From Nitrospirota bacterium (lineage in GTDB: Bacteria; Nitrospirota; Thermodesulfovibrionia; Thermodesulfovibrionales; SM23-35), in contig JBMOLW010000030.1 in assembly GCA_049323875.1 (NCBI GenBank), positions 79,500 to 143,499 of the forward strand: 64,000 nt of DNA. The letters run 5' to 3'. The first letter of the stretch is position 1. Each line of letters begins with the position of its first letter. Both the position numbers and the translations under genes were made by a program. The notes under the pieces are model-generated. The model made no database searches, was not told where the DNA came from, and worked only from the letters and a program-made list of their open reading frames with translations. Positions 49,132-59,327 of the stretch are shown here, piece by piece.

Positions 49132-49575
49132 ATGAAAATTTTGACAACTCCGCGGATGGAACGATGCATAGGATGTCATTCCTGTTCTCTTGCCTGCGCA
49201 CGGCTGGTGCATAAGAGGCTTTCGTGGGACACCGCAGGGATACGGATCCGCACATCGGGCGGACTCTCGACAGGGTTTGAGGCGAAGAGCTGTCTTGCCT
49301 GCAACCCAGCTCCCTGCGCCGAGGCCTGCCCGACCGGAGCCTATTCCCAGAGAAAAGGGGGAGGGGTTCTCGTCAGAAAAAAACTCTGCATCAGATGTGG
49401 TGAATGCGCAAGGGCATGTCCGGTCGACGCTATCTATCTCGATCCTTCAGGAGAGCCGTTTGTCTGCATTCATTGCGGCCGCTGTGTGCAGTTCTGCCCC
49501 CATGACTGTCTCGAGATGAGGGAAGTGAAAGAAGAGTACAGCGTTCAGGGATCTGAAGGGGAGGAGCAGGGATGA
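49132..49575 (+). CDS. Polyferredoxin-like protein with four [4Fe-4S]-type Cys motifs (AOR electron-transfer subunit-like)
   Basis: CIGCHSCSLAC, CLACNPAPCAEACP, CIRCGECARACP and CIHCGRCVQFCP (16 Cys). It starts 9 nt after pgm and has an ATGA overlap with the AOR gene. Confidence 0.8.
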   Translation: MKILTTPRMERCIGCHSCSLACARLVHKRLSWDTAGIRIRTSGGLSTGFEAKSCLACNPAPCAEACPTGAYSQRKGGGVLVRKKLCIRCGECARACPVDAIYLDPSGEPFVCIHCGRCVQFCPHDCLEMREVKEEYSVQGSEGEEQG

Positions 49576-51338
49576 TCCGCGACCATTTCAGGGTCCTTGC
49601 ACTTGATCTTATCACAGGACGGGGCAATATTATTGAGGTGGAAGGACGGAACGAAACAGCAGGGGGGAGCGGCCTTGCCGCGGTCCTTTTTGGCAGGTTC
49701 GGGCACTCTGGAAAACCATGGAATGATCCGGAACAGCCTCTCATCTTCACTATCGGCCCGCTTACCGGATATTTCCCCCTCATGAGCAAGACAGTGTGTG
49801 CATTCAAGTCACCTTTCCATGGTCAGTATGCTGAAAGTCACGGGGGAGGCAGGTCCGCTCTTGCCCTCAGGTTTGCTGACCTTGATGCGCTCGTGATAAC
49901 CGGCAAGGCTGCGAAACCTGTTTGCGTAGCTGTCGGTTCACGCCATCTCGCCATCCGGGAAGTCCACTATCTCTGGGGCATGGATGTCTTTGCAGCGGGC
50001 AAATATCTCAGGAATATGTACCGGGGGTCGGGGCACCGGAGCATTCTCCGCATCGGCCCTGCAGGTGAAAAGGGTTCACCAATGGCCTGTATCAACGCAG
50101 ATACCTACCGTCATTTCGGCAGGCTTGGCGGAGGAGCAGTAATGGGTGCGAAAAACCTTAAGGCCATAGTCATCCAGGGAGATGCATCATTCATGCTTCC
50201 CGGGAATACGGAATATCCGAAACTTTTCCAGGAGGTGCACAGACGGCTTACCGATACGGACATGATGAGCAAATACCATAACCTCGGAACACCGGCGAAC
50301 GTAATGCTCCTGAACAATCTGAAGGCATTGCCGGTAAGAAATCTCCGGCAGACAACAGATCCTCGTATTGAGGGAATATCAGGCGAGAAGTTTGCAGAAG
50401 TCGCACTGCTCAGGAACAATGCATGCTCGGGATGTCCTGTCGGGTGCATCCATATAGGCTTTGTCAGGGAAAGGTTCCATGAGGAGAACAGATACCTGTA
50501 CCGTCAGGTGGCGTACGATCATGAGCCGATTTTTGCGACAGGTTCCATGCTCGGGGTGTTTGACTGTTTCGCAGTGCTCGGCATCATGGACATAGTGGAA
50601 AGGATGGGACTCGATGTGATGTCAGCAGGGGTAGCTCTTGCCTGGGCCACAGAAGCCTTTGAGAAAGGGCTTATCTCTGAAGCAGAGACGCTGATCCCCC
50701 TGAAATTCGGTGATGCGGAGGGTTACCGGAGGGCTATACAGCACCTTGCAAACGGAACCAATGAATTCTATCAGCTTCTTGGAAAGGGGACCATGGTTGC
50801 AGCGGAGCGGTATAGCGGGAAAGACTTTGCCTGTGTCCTTGGGCAGGAGATGGCAGGGTATGCTACCGGCGAGGTATTTTTCGCTTCGCAGGCCCTTGGG
50901 TTCAGACATTCACATCTGGATTCAGCGGGATATTCCTTTGACCAGAAGACCGGAGAGAAGAATGCCGGAAAAGCGGTTGATTTTCTCGTACAGGATGAAC
51001 AGGGGAGGGTTTTTCTCACCTCAATGGTAGCCTGTCTGTTCGCCCGCAGCGTATACAACGATGAACTGCTCGGCAAATGCCTGGAATCCCTCGGCTACGG
51101 AGAACTTGCAGCGAAGATGCCGGAGGTGTCCCGTTTTATCCAGAGGCTCCGCTGGAAAACGAGGATTTTGACTGGTTTCGACCCAGGGTCCGTTTCAATC
51201 CCGAAGAGGTTTACCGAAGTCGTGAACTGGAAGGGTCCGGTTGATGCAGAATACCTGAATGCTGTCAGGGAAGAATATGCAGTGAGAATTCTCGATATGG
51301 GTAGCGATGGAGAGACTGGGCGGGAAGGAACATCCTGA
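49572..51338 (+). CDS. Aldehyde:ferredoxin oxidoreductase (AOR) family tungsto/molybdopterin enzyme
   Basis: The AOR N-terminal domain (GGSGLAAVLF, GPLTG, FKSPFHG, ESHGGG, GPAGEK), the [4Fe-4S] motif CSGCPVGC, and the C-terminal pterin-binding domains (EMAGYATGE). Length 588 aa. Confidence 0.9.
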   Translation: MIRDHFRVLALDLITGRGNIIEVEGRNETAGGSGLAAVLFGRFGHSGKPWNDPEQPLIFTIGPLTGYFPLMSKTVCAFKSPFHGQYAESHGGGRSALALRFADLDALVITGKAAKPVCVAVGSRHLAIREVHYLWGMDVFAAGKYLRNMYRGSGHRSILRIGPAGEKGSPMACINADTYRHFGRLGGGAVMGAKNLKAIVIQGDASFMLPGNTEYPKLFQEVHRRLTDTDMMSKYHNLGTPANVMLLNNLKALPVRNLRQTTDPRIEGISGEKFAEVALLRNNACSGCPVGCIHIGFVRERFHEENRYLYRQVAYDHEPIFATGSMLGVFDCFAVLGIMDIVERMGLDVMSAGVALAWATEAFEKGLISEAETLIPLKFGDAEGYRRAIQHLANGTNEFYQLLGKGTMVAAERYSGKDFACVLGQEMAGYATGEVFFASQALGFRHSHLDSAGYSFDQKTGEKNAGKAVDFLVQDEQGRVFLTSMVACLFARSVYNDELLGKCLESLGYGELAAKMPEVSRFIQRLRWKTRILTGFDPGSVSIPKRFTEVVNWKGPVDAEYLNAVREEYAVRILDMGSDGETGREGTS

Positions 51339-51402
51339 TCCATGAGGAGAGCCCAGGGGCAGATGCTGGGGGAGATATCCTGTGCGAGAGGAGGACGATG
51401 CT

Positions 51403-53070
51403 ATGCTCGATAAGATTGATCCGTCAGAAACCCGTGCGTGGAAAAAACTTCTCAGTCATTTCAGGAGGATGAGAAAAAAGCATATGCGGGATATGTTTCA
51501 GAAAGACCCGGCAAGGTTTTCCCGGTTCTCTCTGACATTCGAGGATATTACAGTAGACTTTTCCAAGAACATCATATCAGGCAGAACCATGAAGCTGCTT
51601 CTGGAACTCGCAGAGGAATGCCGGCTCAGGGAAGCGATCGGATGCATGTTCAACGGGGACAAAATCAATGAGACTGAAGGCCGTGCCGTGCTCCATGTTG
51701 CTCTCAGAAACCGTGCGAATGTCCCTGTCTTTGTTGATGGAAGGGACGTAATGCCTGAGGTAAATGCTGTCCTCGACCAGATGAAGAGGTTTTCTGAAGC
51801 CGTCATCAACGGTGAATGGAGAGGCTATACAGGCAAGCCTGTTTCCGATATTGTGAATATCGGTATCGGCGGATCGGACCTCGGTCCTCACCTGGTGACT
51901 GAGGCGCTGCAACCATACAGGAAAGCTCATCTTCGCACGCATTTTGTCTCGAATGTTGACGGAACCCATATCACCGAGACCTTGAAGGGACTGTCACCCG
52001 AAACCACGCTTTTCCTGGTCGTTTCCAAGACCTTCACCACCCAGGAGACGATGAGAAATGCCCGGACTGCGCGGCAGTGGTTTCTTGATGCAGCCCGGAA
52101 CGAGGGATTCATCAGAAATCATTTCGTGGCGGTTTCCACGAATACAGACGAAGTCCTGAAATTCGGTGTGGATACTTCCCATATGTTCAGGTTCTGGGAC
52201 TGGGTGGGCGGCAGGTATTCTCTCTGGTCAGCTGTCGGCCTCTCGATCGCCTGTTCGCTGGGGTTTGAGAATTTCCTCGCGCTCCTTGAAGGGGCTCATG
52301 CGGTAGACGTTCACTTCCGGGCCACCCCGTTCGAAAAGAACATCCCGGTAATCCTCGCCCTGATCGGGATCTGGTACGGAAGTTTTTTCGGAGCCGAGAC
52401 CGAAGCGGTCCTTCCCTATGATCAGTATATGCACAAATTCCCCGCATATTTGCAGCAGTGCAACATGGAGAGCAACGGAAAGTCCGCAGACAGGACAGGG
52501 AATAAGGTTACCTATCAGACCGGTCCCATAATCTGGGGGCAGCCGGGGACAAACGGCCAGCACGCCTTCTACCAGCTTATCCATCAGGGCACGAAGACAA
52601 TCCCCTGTGATTTTCTTGCACCTGCGCTGAGTCATAACCCGGTCGGAGATCATCACGATATACTGGTATCAAATTTCTTTGCGCAGACAGAGGCGATGAT
52701 GAAAGGAAAAACAAGGGAAGAGGTGAGTGCCGAACTCCGGGCATCGGGCATGAGCGATGAACAAGTGCGGTTTCTTGCTCCGTTCAAAATATTTCACGGC
52801 AACGTCCCGACCAACTCGATACTGTTCCACAAACTTACTCCAAGGACACTGGGGAGTCTCATCGCGCTTTACGAACACAAGATCTTTGTGCAGGGCATTC
52901 TCTGGAATATATACAGTTTCGACCAGTGGGGAGTTGAATTGGGCAAGCAGCTTGCTAACAGAATCCTGCCTGAACTGGGCGACCGGAATCCCGTCTCCGG
53001 GCATGATTCATCGACGAACGGACTGATAAACAGGTATAAGGAACTGCGCTCACAGGATACGGCTTCATAG
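51403..53070 (+). CDS. pgi: Glucose-6-phosphate isomerase
   Basis: [37 protein letters not shown] and ESNGK signatures. ATG 51403 is preceded by GAGGAGGA; the ORF is open from GTG 51382. Confidence 0.9.
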   Translation: MLDKIDPSETRAWKKLLSHFRRMRKKHMRDMFQKDPARFSRFSLTFEDITVDFSKNIISGRTMKLLLELAEECRLREAIGCMFNGDKINETEGRAVLHVALRNRANVPVFVDGRDVMPEVNAVLDQMKRFSEAVINGEWRGYTGKPVSDIVNIGIGGSDLGPHLVTEALQPYRKAHLRTHFVSNVDGTHITETLKGLSPETTLFLVVSKTFTTQETMRNARTARQWFLDAARNEGFIRNHFVAVSTNTDEVLKFGVDTSHMFRFWDWVGGRYSLWSAVGLSIACSLGFENFLALLEGAHAVDVHFRATPFEKNIPVILALIGIWYGSFFGAETEAVLPYDQYMHKFPAYLQQCNMESNGKSADRTGNKVTYQTGPIIWGQPGTNGQHAFYQLIHQGTKTIPCDFLAPALSHNPVGDHHDILVSNFFAQTEAMMKGKTREEVSAELRASGMSDEQVRFLAPFKIFHGNVPTNSILFHKLTPRTLGSLIALYEHKIFVQGILWNIYSFDQWGVELGKQLANRILPELGDRNPVSGHDSSTNGLINRYKELRSQDTAS

Positions 53071-53106
53071 ACGAAGAACGGTTTAAAGGATGGCTGGAGG
53101 ATATCC

Positions 53107-54537
53107 ATGAAATTACCTGCAAACAAGACAAAGATCGTATGCACCATAGGGCCCGCATCCCGTTCACCTGATATTATGGAAAAGATGCTGCTGGCCGGAA
53201 TGAATGTGGCGCGGCTCAATTTCTCGCATGGTGACCTGAGCGAACATGGCAGGGTGATACAGGATCTCCGTGAAACTGCCCGAGCGCTCGGCAGGCGGGT
53301 TACGATCATGGCAGACCTTCCGGGACCGAAAATCAGAATCGGACATCTTTCACACGAGCCGGTATATGTGAAGGCCGGTGATAATATGGTTTTAACAACC
53401 GACACCATTACCGGAGATGCGAGCAGGGTCTCTGTTAGTTTCGACAGACTTCCCGCCGCAGTAAAACCCGGAGATACCCTGTTCCTCAACGACGGCATGA
53501 TCAGCCTTGAGGTGGTAAACGTCAGCGGGAGGGAAGTTTACTGCCGGGTTCTCGTGGGGGGAGAACTCAGGTCAAGGAAGGGACTCAACCTGCCGGGGAT
53601 CGACCTGGGGATCAGTGCCTTTACCAGATACGACCATGATTGCCTGAAATTCGCCCTGGAGCAAGGAATAGATGCCGTCAGTCAGTCATTTGTGGAAGAC
53701 GCCGCTGACATACAGGCTGTAAGAGAAGCCGCTGCTTCTCTGGGACATCAGCCGTTTATCATAGCGAAGATCGAAAGGGCAAGGGCGCTGGATCATATCG
53801 ATGAAGTGATTGATGCGGCAGACGGGATCATGATTGCGAGGGGCGATCTCGGAGTAGAACTTCCCATAGAACGGATCGCGGTGGTCCAGAAACAGCTTAT
53901 GCGCAAAGCGAACATGCGGGCCAAACCAGTGGTAACTGCCACCCATATGCTCGAATCGATGATCTCCAATCGCCGCCCGACCCGCGCGGAGTCAACTGAT
54001 GTGGCAAACGCCATCCTTGACGGGACTGACTGTGTCATGCTTTCCGGCGAATCGGCCATGGGTAACTTTCCGGTTGAGTCGGTCGAGATGCTTGCGAGGA
54101 TTGCCGCAGCGATTGAACCGTACCGCGTCAGGATGAGCGCAAAAGAGATGTTCCAGGGGCTTGTCCTTACGGGGGATGTGCCCCCGGCAAGGCTTGTTGA
54201 CCTGAGTGTGGAAACAGTCCTTGAATACGCGAAGCCTGCAGCGGTATTTGTTCCGACCCGCAGTGGGTTTACCGCAAGGAGTATCGGGCGTTTCAGGCTT
54301 CCGGTGTGGATTGTTGCAATCAGTTCACAGGATGCCACCTGTCAGAGGCTGCAATTCTCTTCAGGAGTATATCCTGTGCTGGAAAAAGAGCACCCTGAGA
54401 ACTGGAAACCCTATGTGAGTGATTGGTTGACCAGACATGAAATCCCCGGAAAGTTTATTGTGCTTACTGAGGGGCCGTCGTCAAAACATCCCGATGCAAA
54501 CCACCGCATGGAGATCCTCGATATCAGGACTTCCTGA
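53107..54537 (+). CDS. pyk: Pyruvate kinase
   Basis: KTKIVCTIGPAS, GMNVARLNFSHG, MIARGDLGVELP and ATHMLESM. The stop overlaps the alaS stop region (convergent 14-nt overlap). Confidence 0.9.
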   Translation: MKLPANKTKIVCTIGPASRSPDIMEKMLLAGMNVARLNFSHGDLSEHGRVIQDLRETARALGRRVTIMADLPGPKIRIGHLSHEPVYVKAGDNMVLTTDTITGDASRVSVSFDRLPAAVKPGDTLFLNDGMISLEVVNVSGREVYCRVLVGGELRSRKGLNLPGIDLGISAFTRYDHDCLKFALEQGIDAVSQSFVEDAADIQAVREAAASLGHQPFIIAKIERARALDHIDEVIDAADGIMIARGDLGVELPIERIAVVQKQLMRKANMRAKPVVTATHMLESMISNRRPTRAESTDVANAILDGTDCVMLSGESAMGNFPVESVEMLARIAAAIEPYRVRMSAKEMFQGLVLTGDVPPARLVDLSVETVLEYAKPAAVFVPTRSGFTARSIGRFRLPVWIVAISSQDATCQRLQFSSGVYPVLEKEHPENWKPYVSDWLTRHEIPGKFIVLTEGPSSKHPDANHRMEILDIRTS

Positions 54538-57148
54538 TGATATCGTACAAGGCATCCAGGGCCTCATCAAGTTTCCCTATGTCTTTTGTTCCGCCCTGCG
54601 CCATTTCAGGTTTGCCGCCGCCTTTGCCCCCGGTGATTTTCGCAAGAGCCTTCACGATCTCTCCTGCGTGATAGCGTTGCGTGAGGTCTTTGGTTACCAT
54701 ACAGACGATACCGGCCTGACCGTCCAGGACAGAAGACACAACGATAATGCCTGATTGTAGCCGGTCGCGAACATTGTCAGCGAAGATGCGGAGTTCGTTC
54801 GGGGTGAGCCCGTCATTCCTGACCGAGACGATCATTATTCCGTCGATCTCACGGGCATTCCGGACAGCATCAGATATGGCATCCCGCGAAGAACCGGTTC
54901 TCAGCTTCTGAATCTCCTTCTCCATAGTCCGTGCCTCATGGAGAAGCTTTTCAACCTTTTCCGCAGGTTTTTCGGATTTCAATAAGCTTTGAATTTCTCC
55001 AAGCACGGCCCTTTTCTCCCTGAGATAGGAGAGGGCCTGTTTCCCGGTAAGAGCTTCGATCCTCCGAATCCCTGAAGCAACGCTTCCCTCTGAGGTAATC
55101 ACGAACAGGCCGATCTCCCCGGTTGCACTGCAATGGGTACCTCCGCACAGTTCTCTGCTGAACCCGCCTGAAGACACAACCCTGACCTTTTCCCCGTATT
55201 TTTCGTCGAACAAGGCGACCGCGCCGGAATTTACTGCGTCACTGACACTCATGACCTCTGTTTTTACCGGGAGGTTCTCGATAATCTTTTCGTTCACGAT
55301 ATCCTCGATCTGCCGGATCTCATCATCACGGACTGCGGAAAAATGCGTGAAGTCAAACCTGAGTCTTTCGGGGTCTACCACAGAGCCTGACTGTTTCACG
55401 TGATCTCCAAGAACCATCCGTAAAGCTTTATGGAGGAGATGGGTTGCAGTATGGTTCCTCATGGTGGATTTTCTCAGGGAATCGTTTACGATGCAAGTAA
55501 CCTTCTCGCCTTTTGAGAACATTCCCCTGTCGACTTTTACCAGGTGAACGGTAAAATCAGGGTTAGGTTTTATCGTATCAACTACCGTTGCTGAAGAAGA
55601 TTCAGACCGGAGTATTCCGGTATCTCCCGCCTGCCCGCCGGATTCTCCGTAGAAAGGCGTTTTGTCGAGGACTATTTCTCCCTCTCCATTTTCTGCCAGG
55701 GTAGCAACTTCTTCTCCGTCTTTGAAGAGTGATACAATAACAGCTTCTGATGTCGTGGTATCATATCCGACAAATTCAGTCTTGACGAGTTGTCCCCCAG
55801 TCATTTCGATTTTCGGCATTGGAAGAGTGATTTTGATGACTGCACCTTTTGACTTGTCCCGGTGCGCTTCCATCTCCCGGTTAAAAGCGTCTTCATCGAT
55901 AACGAGTCCGGAATCGAGCGCGATATCTTTCGCAAAGTCCAGCGGCAGTCCATGAGTCTGCTGGAGCCGCGCAACCTCTTCGCCGGGAACCGTCTTGAGG
56001 CCGCTTTCCTTTGTTTTCCTGATGATGTCATCGAATACGAACATTGCGGTCTCGACTGTCCTGTGGAAATTTTCCTCCTCCATGAGCAGCAACTTGGCGG
56101 TTCTGGCTTTTTCACGGACGATTTCAGGATAGGCCTGCCCCATTGCATCTGACACTGCATCGGTCAGCCGGAAGAGGCATGGTTCATGAATTTGGAGGAG
56201 CTTAGCATGTCTCGAGGCTCTTCGGATGATTCTCCTTAGGACATAACCACGCCCTTCGTTCGAGGGGACAAGACCTTCCGAGAGCATGAAGACCGAAGCA
56301 CGGATATGATCGGCGATGACCCTCATGGAAGTGTCCGAGTCAGAGGACGATCCATAGGGAATATTTGCGATTGAAGCTATATCCCGGAGGATTAATTCGA
56401 AAAGGTCTGTATCGAAATTGCTCGTTTTACCCTGAAGCACGGCGCTGATCCGTTCGAGCCCCATGCCGGTATCAATACTTGGTTTTGGAAGGGGGTCGAG
56501 CCTTCCGGATTCGTCCCTGTTGAACTGCATGAAGACCAGGTTCCAGAGTTCGAGAAAACGGTCACAATCGCAGCCTACGGTGCATTCCTTCTTCCCGCAT
56601 CCGATATGGCTTCCCTGGTCAATGATGATCTCCGAGCACGGTCCGCACGGTCCTGTATCGCCCATCTGCCAGAAGTTGTCTTTTGCCCCGAGCCTCACAA
56701 TCCTGTCCCTGGGAATTCCGATAAGCGCGTGCCACAACGCTTCCGCCTCGTCGTCCTGCTCATATACCGACACGTAGAGTCTGTCCCTGGGAAGTATAAA
56801 TATTTCCGTAAGAAGCTCCCAGCCGAAAAGGATCGCATCCTTCTTGAAATAATCGCCAAACGAAAAGTTGCCAAGCATTTCGAAGAACGTATGATGACGG
56901 GAAGTGTGGCCTACATTTTCGAGGTCGCTGTGTTTCCCTCCTGCTCTCATGCATTTCTGACAGGTGACGGCGCGGGTATAATCTCTTCGCTCTTCGCCCA
57001 GGAAGGTCCTTTTGAACTGTACCATACCCGCGTTGACAAACAGGAGGGTAGGGTCGTTCCAGGGTATAAGGGGAGAACTCGGCACAATGGTATGCCCTTT
57101 TTTCCTGAAATACTCCAGAAATGCCGATCGTATGTCCTGACTGTTCAT
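54524..57148 (-). CDS. alaS: Alanine--tRNA ligase
   Basis: FLEYFRKKGHTIVPSSPLIP, FVNAGMVQFK, the class II core, the editing-domain HxxxH/CxxxH (HTATHLLH ... CGGTHC) and the C-terminal DHHA1 region. Length 874 aa. Confidence 0.95.
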   Translation of the reverse strand: MNSQDIRSAFLEYFRKKGHTIVPSSPLIPWNDPTLLFVNAGMVQFKRTFLGEERRDYTRAVTCQKCMRAGGKHSDLENVGHTSRHHTFFEMLGNFSFGDYFKKDAILFGWELLTEIFILPRDRLYVSVYEQDDEAEALWHALIGIPRDRIVRLGAKDNFWQMGDTGPCGPCSEIIIDQGSHIGCGKKECTVGCDCDRFLELWNLVFMQFNRDESGRLDPLPKPSIDTGMGLERISAVLQGKTSNFDTDLFELILRDIASIANIPYGSSSDSDTSMRVIADHIRASVFMLSEGLVPSNEGRGYVLRRIIRRASRHAKLLQIHEPCLFRLTDAVSDAMGQAYPEIVREKARTAKLLLMEEENFHRTVETAMFVFDDIIRKTKESGLKTVPGEEVARLQQTHGLPLDFAKDIALDSGLVIDEDAFNREMEAHRDKSKGAVIKITLPMPKIEMTGGQLVKTEFVGYDTTTSEAVIVSLFKDGEEVATLAENGEGEIVLDKTPFYGESGGQAGDTGILRSESSSATVVDTIKPNPDFTVHLVKVDRGMFSKGEKVTCIVNDSLRKSTMRNHTATHLLHKALRMVLGDHVKQSGSVVDPERLRFDFTHFSAVRDDEIRQIEDIVNEKIIENLPVKTEVMSVSDAVNSGAVALFDEKYGEKVRVVSSGGFSRELCGGTHCSATGEIGLFVITSEGSVASGIRRIEALTGKQALSYLREKRAVLGEIQSLLKSEKPAEKVEKLLHEARTMEKEIQKLRTGSSRDAISDAVRNAREIDGIMIVSVRNDGLTPNELRIFADNVRDRLQSGIIVVSSVLDGQAGIVCMVTKDLTQRYHAGEIVKALAKITGGKGGGKPEMAQGGTKDIGKLDEALDALYDIIRKS

Positions 57149-57357
57149 AGAGCTCCTCGGTAATTTACAGAATCTGCCGCAACAGTGTTTTTTCAGGCGC
57201 TGCCGTCCTGAATGCTTTCGGGATCAAACCGGGAACGGGCGACAATGCCCCGCCTGCTCTTCTTCATTCTCGATTTGCAAATAATCCGGGCTGATGCTCG
57301 TACAGAAAACTCTAACGGATTCAGATTTCCTCAGTGAGATTTCACCCGATCGTGCAG

Positions 57358-57681
57358 CTATTTTATATAGACAAGCTTTCCGTCGTAGAAGAAGAGAACC
57401 TTATAGGTAATCACCCCGAGCGTCTCCTTGAAAGCATAGGTCCACTCTTCACGGCTCTTGTTTTCGAACGATTCAAGGAACTTTATGGAATCAGGCGCGC
57501 CCCACGCATACCGCACCTGCTCCTGCGACATTCCGAGCGCGATCTGTCCCTTCCTTACATGCTCCTTGATCTCATCGGGAAACGTCCTTATCTCGTCTTC
57601 GGTATAACGGATAGACTTGGCGCATCCGAGAACGAAAAAAAGCGATACAGACAAGAACAGCAACAGCAATTTTTTCATCAT
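57358..57681 (-). CDS. BamE/SmpA_OmlA-like small lipoprotein
   Basis: Lipoprotein signal MMKKLLLLFLSVSLFFVLGC and GMSQEQVRYAWGAPD (SmpA/OmlA-type motif). The ATG overlaps the recX TGA (ATGA). Confidence 0.55.
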   Translation of the reverse strand: MMKKLLLLFLSVSLFFVLGCAKSIRYTEDEIRTFPDEIKEHVRKGQIALGMSQEQVRYAWGAPDSIKFLESFENKSREEWTYAFKETLGVITYKVLFFYDGKLVYIK

Positions 57682-58181
57682 GTGTCCTCCTCCTTGCAAA
57701 AATAATTGTCCTTCAACGCCGCCCGTATTGTCACGGAAGCATACCCTTTCCGTGAAAGAACATTATACAACCTCCGTCTGATTATTTCCGGATCGTGGTT
57801 CTTGAGAGATTTCATTTTTTTTTCGATTATCCGCTTCGCATTCGCAAGGTCGGATTTTTCGTCGTCAGAAAGAGTCGCATCGATTATGTGGCGCGGGACA
57901 CCCCTCCCGAGCATATAGAGTCTCGCCCCGCTGCGGCTCAGCATCTTCCTCGAGAAAGCCTCCCGTTTCAGGTTTTCGGCCAATGCGGCATCATCGAGAA
58001 ACCCGGATATCCTGAGAGCCTCGATGGTCTGTGCAGCAGTTTCCGGGGGAAACCCCTTCTGGGTCAGCCTTTGATGCATTTCTTTTTCACTCCTCCCCCG
58101 GTAACTGAGGAGTTTCAGGGCATAGTGTCTCGCAGCTTCACAAGATGACGGTTTTTTCCCCTTACTTTGCAAACCGGTCAA
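57678..58181 (-). CDS. recX: RecA regulator RecX
   Basis: Three-repeat helical pattern ARHYALKLLSYRGRSEKEMHQRLTQKGF ... The only possible start is TTG (58181 or 58172). It overlaps the pilT 3' end by up to 20 nt. Confidence 0.8.
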   Translation of the reverse strand: MTGLQSKGKKPSSCEAARHYALKLLSYRGRSEKEMHQRLTQKGFPPETAAQTIEALRISGFLDDAALAENLKREAFSRKMLSRSGARLYMLGRGVPRHIIDATLSDDEKSDLANAKRIIEKKMKSLKNHDPEIIRRRLYNVLSRKGYASVTIRAALKDNYFCKEEDT

Positions 58182-59325
58182 TTTTCATCTCATCCTTCTT
58201 GTCTTCCCTATCCGGACGGATCGAAAGCTGTTCTTCAATCGAGAGCTCGCTCGTTGACTGTATGCCTTTTACCTTCAGGACGAAATCATCAGGATTGGAT
58301 GCCCTCCGCAATGCCTCTTCATAGGTTATCAGGCCGGACTTGTAAAGACTGAACAGTGACTGGTCGAATGTCTGCATGCTGTAATGAATCGCTCCCTGCT
58401 CGATCACATCCTGGATGGATTTCGTCTTGTCGGGATCGAGGATACAGTCCTTTATCGTGGCTGTTGCGATGAGCACCTCGACTGCAGGCACTCTCCCTTT
58501 CCCGTCGGCTCTCGGCATGAGGCGCATCGATATAATTGCCTTCAGGACGGACGAAAGTTGCATGCGTACCTGTTTATGCTGATACGGGGGGAATACCGCG
58601 ATGATCCTGTTCACTGTCTCCGTAGCGTCGATGGTATGGAGAGTGCTCAGCACCAGATGTCCTGTTTCTGCCGCGACGAGCGATGTCTGTATTGTTTCGA
58701 AATCGCGCATTTCGCCGACGAGAATGACGTCCGGGTCCTGTCTCAGCGCCTGCCTCAGGGCCTTGCTGAAGGATTCGGTATCGCTTCCGATCTCCCTCTG
58801 GTTCACAATACTCTTCTTGTCACGGTGGAGATATTCTATCGGGTCTTCGATCGTCATGATATGTTCGGTACGCTGTGAATTGATCACGTCGATCATGGAT
58901 GCAAGCGTTGTGGATTTCCCGCTGCCGGTGGTCCCGGTAACGAGAATCAGCCCTCTTGGCTCGGCAGCAATCTTCTTGATCACTTCAGGCAGGTTCAGTT
59001 CCTCGATCGTCGGGATCCTCATGGGAATGACCCTGAAGACGAGCCCGACCGTGCCCCTCTGCATGAAGATATTGCACCTGAACCTTCCCAGTCCGGGAAC
59101 GCTGTATGCGAGATCGATATCGTTCTTCTTTTTGAATACCTCAGTCTGCCCGGGAGTCATGACGGCAAGGGCTATTTTGGTCGCATCTTCATGGCTGATC
59201 CTTTTCTCTGTGGTAAGAGGCGCCAGGTCTCCATGAATCCTGAGTATGGGCGGCGAACCCACTTTTATGTGGAGATCCGAAGCCTCCAATGCATGCGCCT
59301 GTTTCAAGAGATCGTTGATATCCAT
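58162..59325 (-). CDS. pilT: PilT-family type IV pilus retraction ATPase
   Basis: ASDLHIKVGSPPILRIHGDL, Walker A GTTGSGKSTTLASMID, Asp box, Walker B DPDVILVGEMRD and His box GHLVLSTLHT. The ATG lies 2 nt after the recA TAA, and a perfect SD AAGGAGG is embedded in the last recA codons. Confidence 0.9.
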   Translation of the reverse strand: MDINDLLKQAHALEASDLHIKVGSPPILRIHGDLAPLTTEKRISHEDATKIALAVMTPGQTEVFKKKNDIDLAYSVPGLGRFRCNIFMQRGTVGLVFRVIPMRIPTIEELNLPEVIKKIAAEPRGLILVTGTTGSGKSTTLASMIDVINSQRTEHIMTIEDPIEYLHRDKKSIVNQREIGSDTESFSKALRQALRQDPDVILVGEMRDFETIQTSLVAAETGHLVLSTLHTIDATETVNRIIAVFPPYQHKQVRMQLSSVLKAIISMRLMPRADGKGRVPAVEVLIATATIKDCILDPDKTKSIQDVIEQGAIHYSMQTFDQSLFSLYKSGLITYEEALRRASNPDDFVLKVKGIQSTSELSIEEQLSIRPDREDKKDEMKIDRFAK

Positions 59326-59327
59326 GC

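Noticed and set aside
57149-57357. A possible T-box or other leader RNA upstream of alaS (209-nt spacer).
   Set aside because: There is no T-box consensus, no specifier-loop architecture, and no terminator/antiterminator pair. Only short weak stems are present, and I recognise no riboswitch class.
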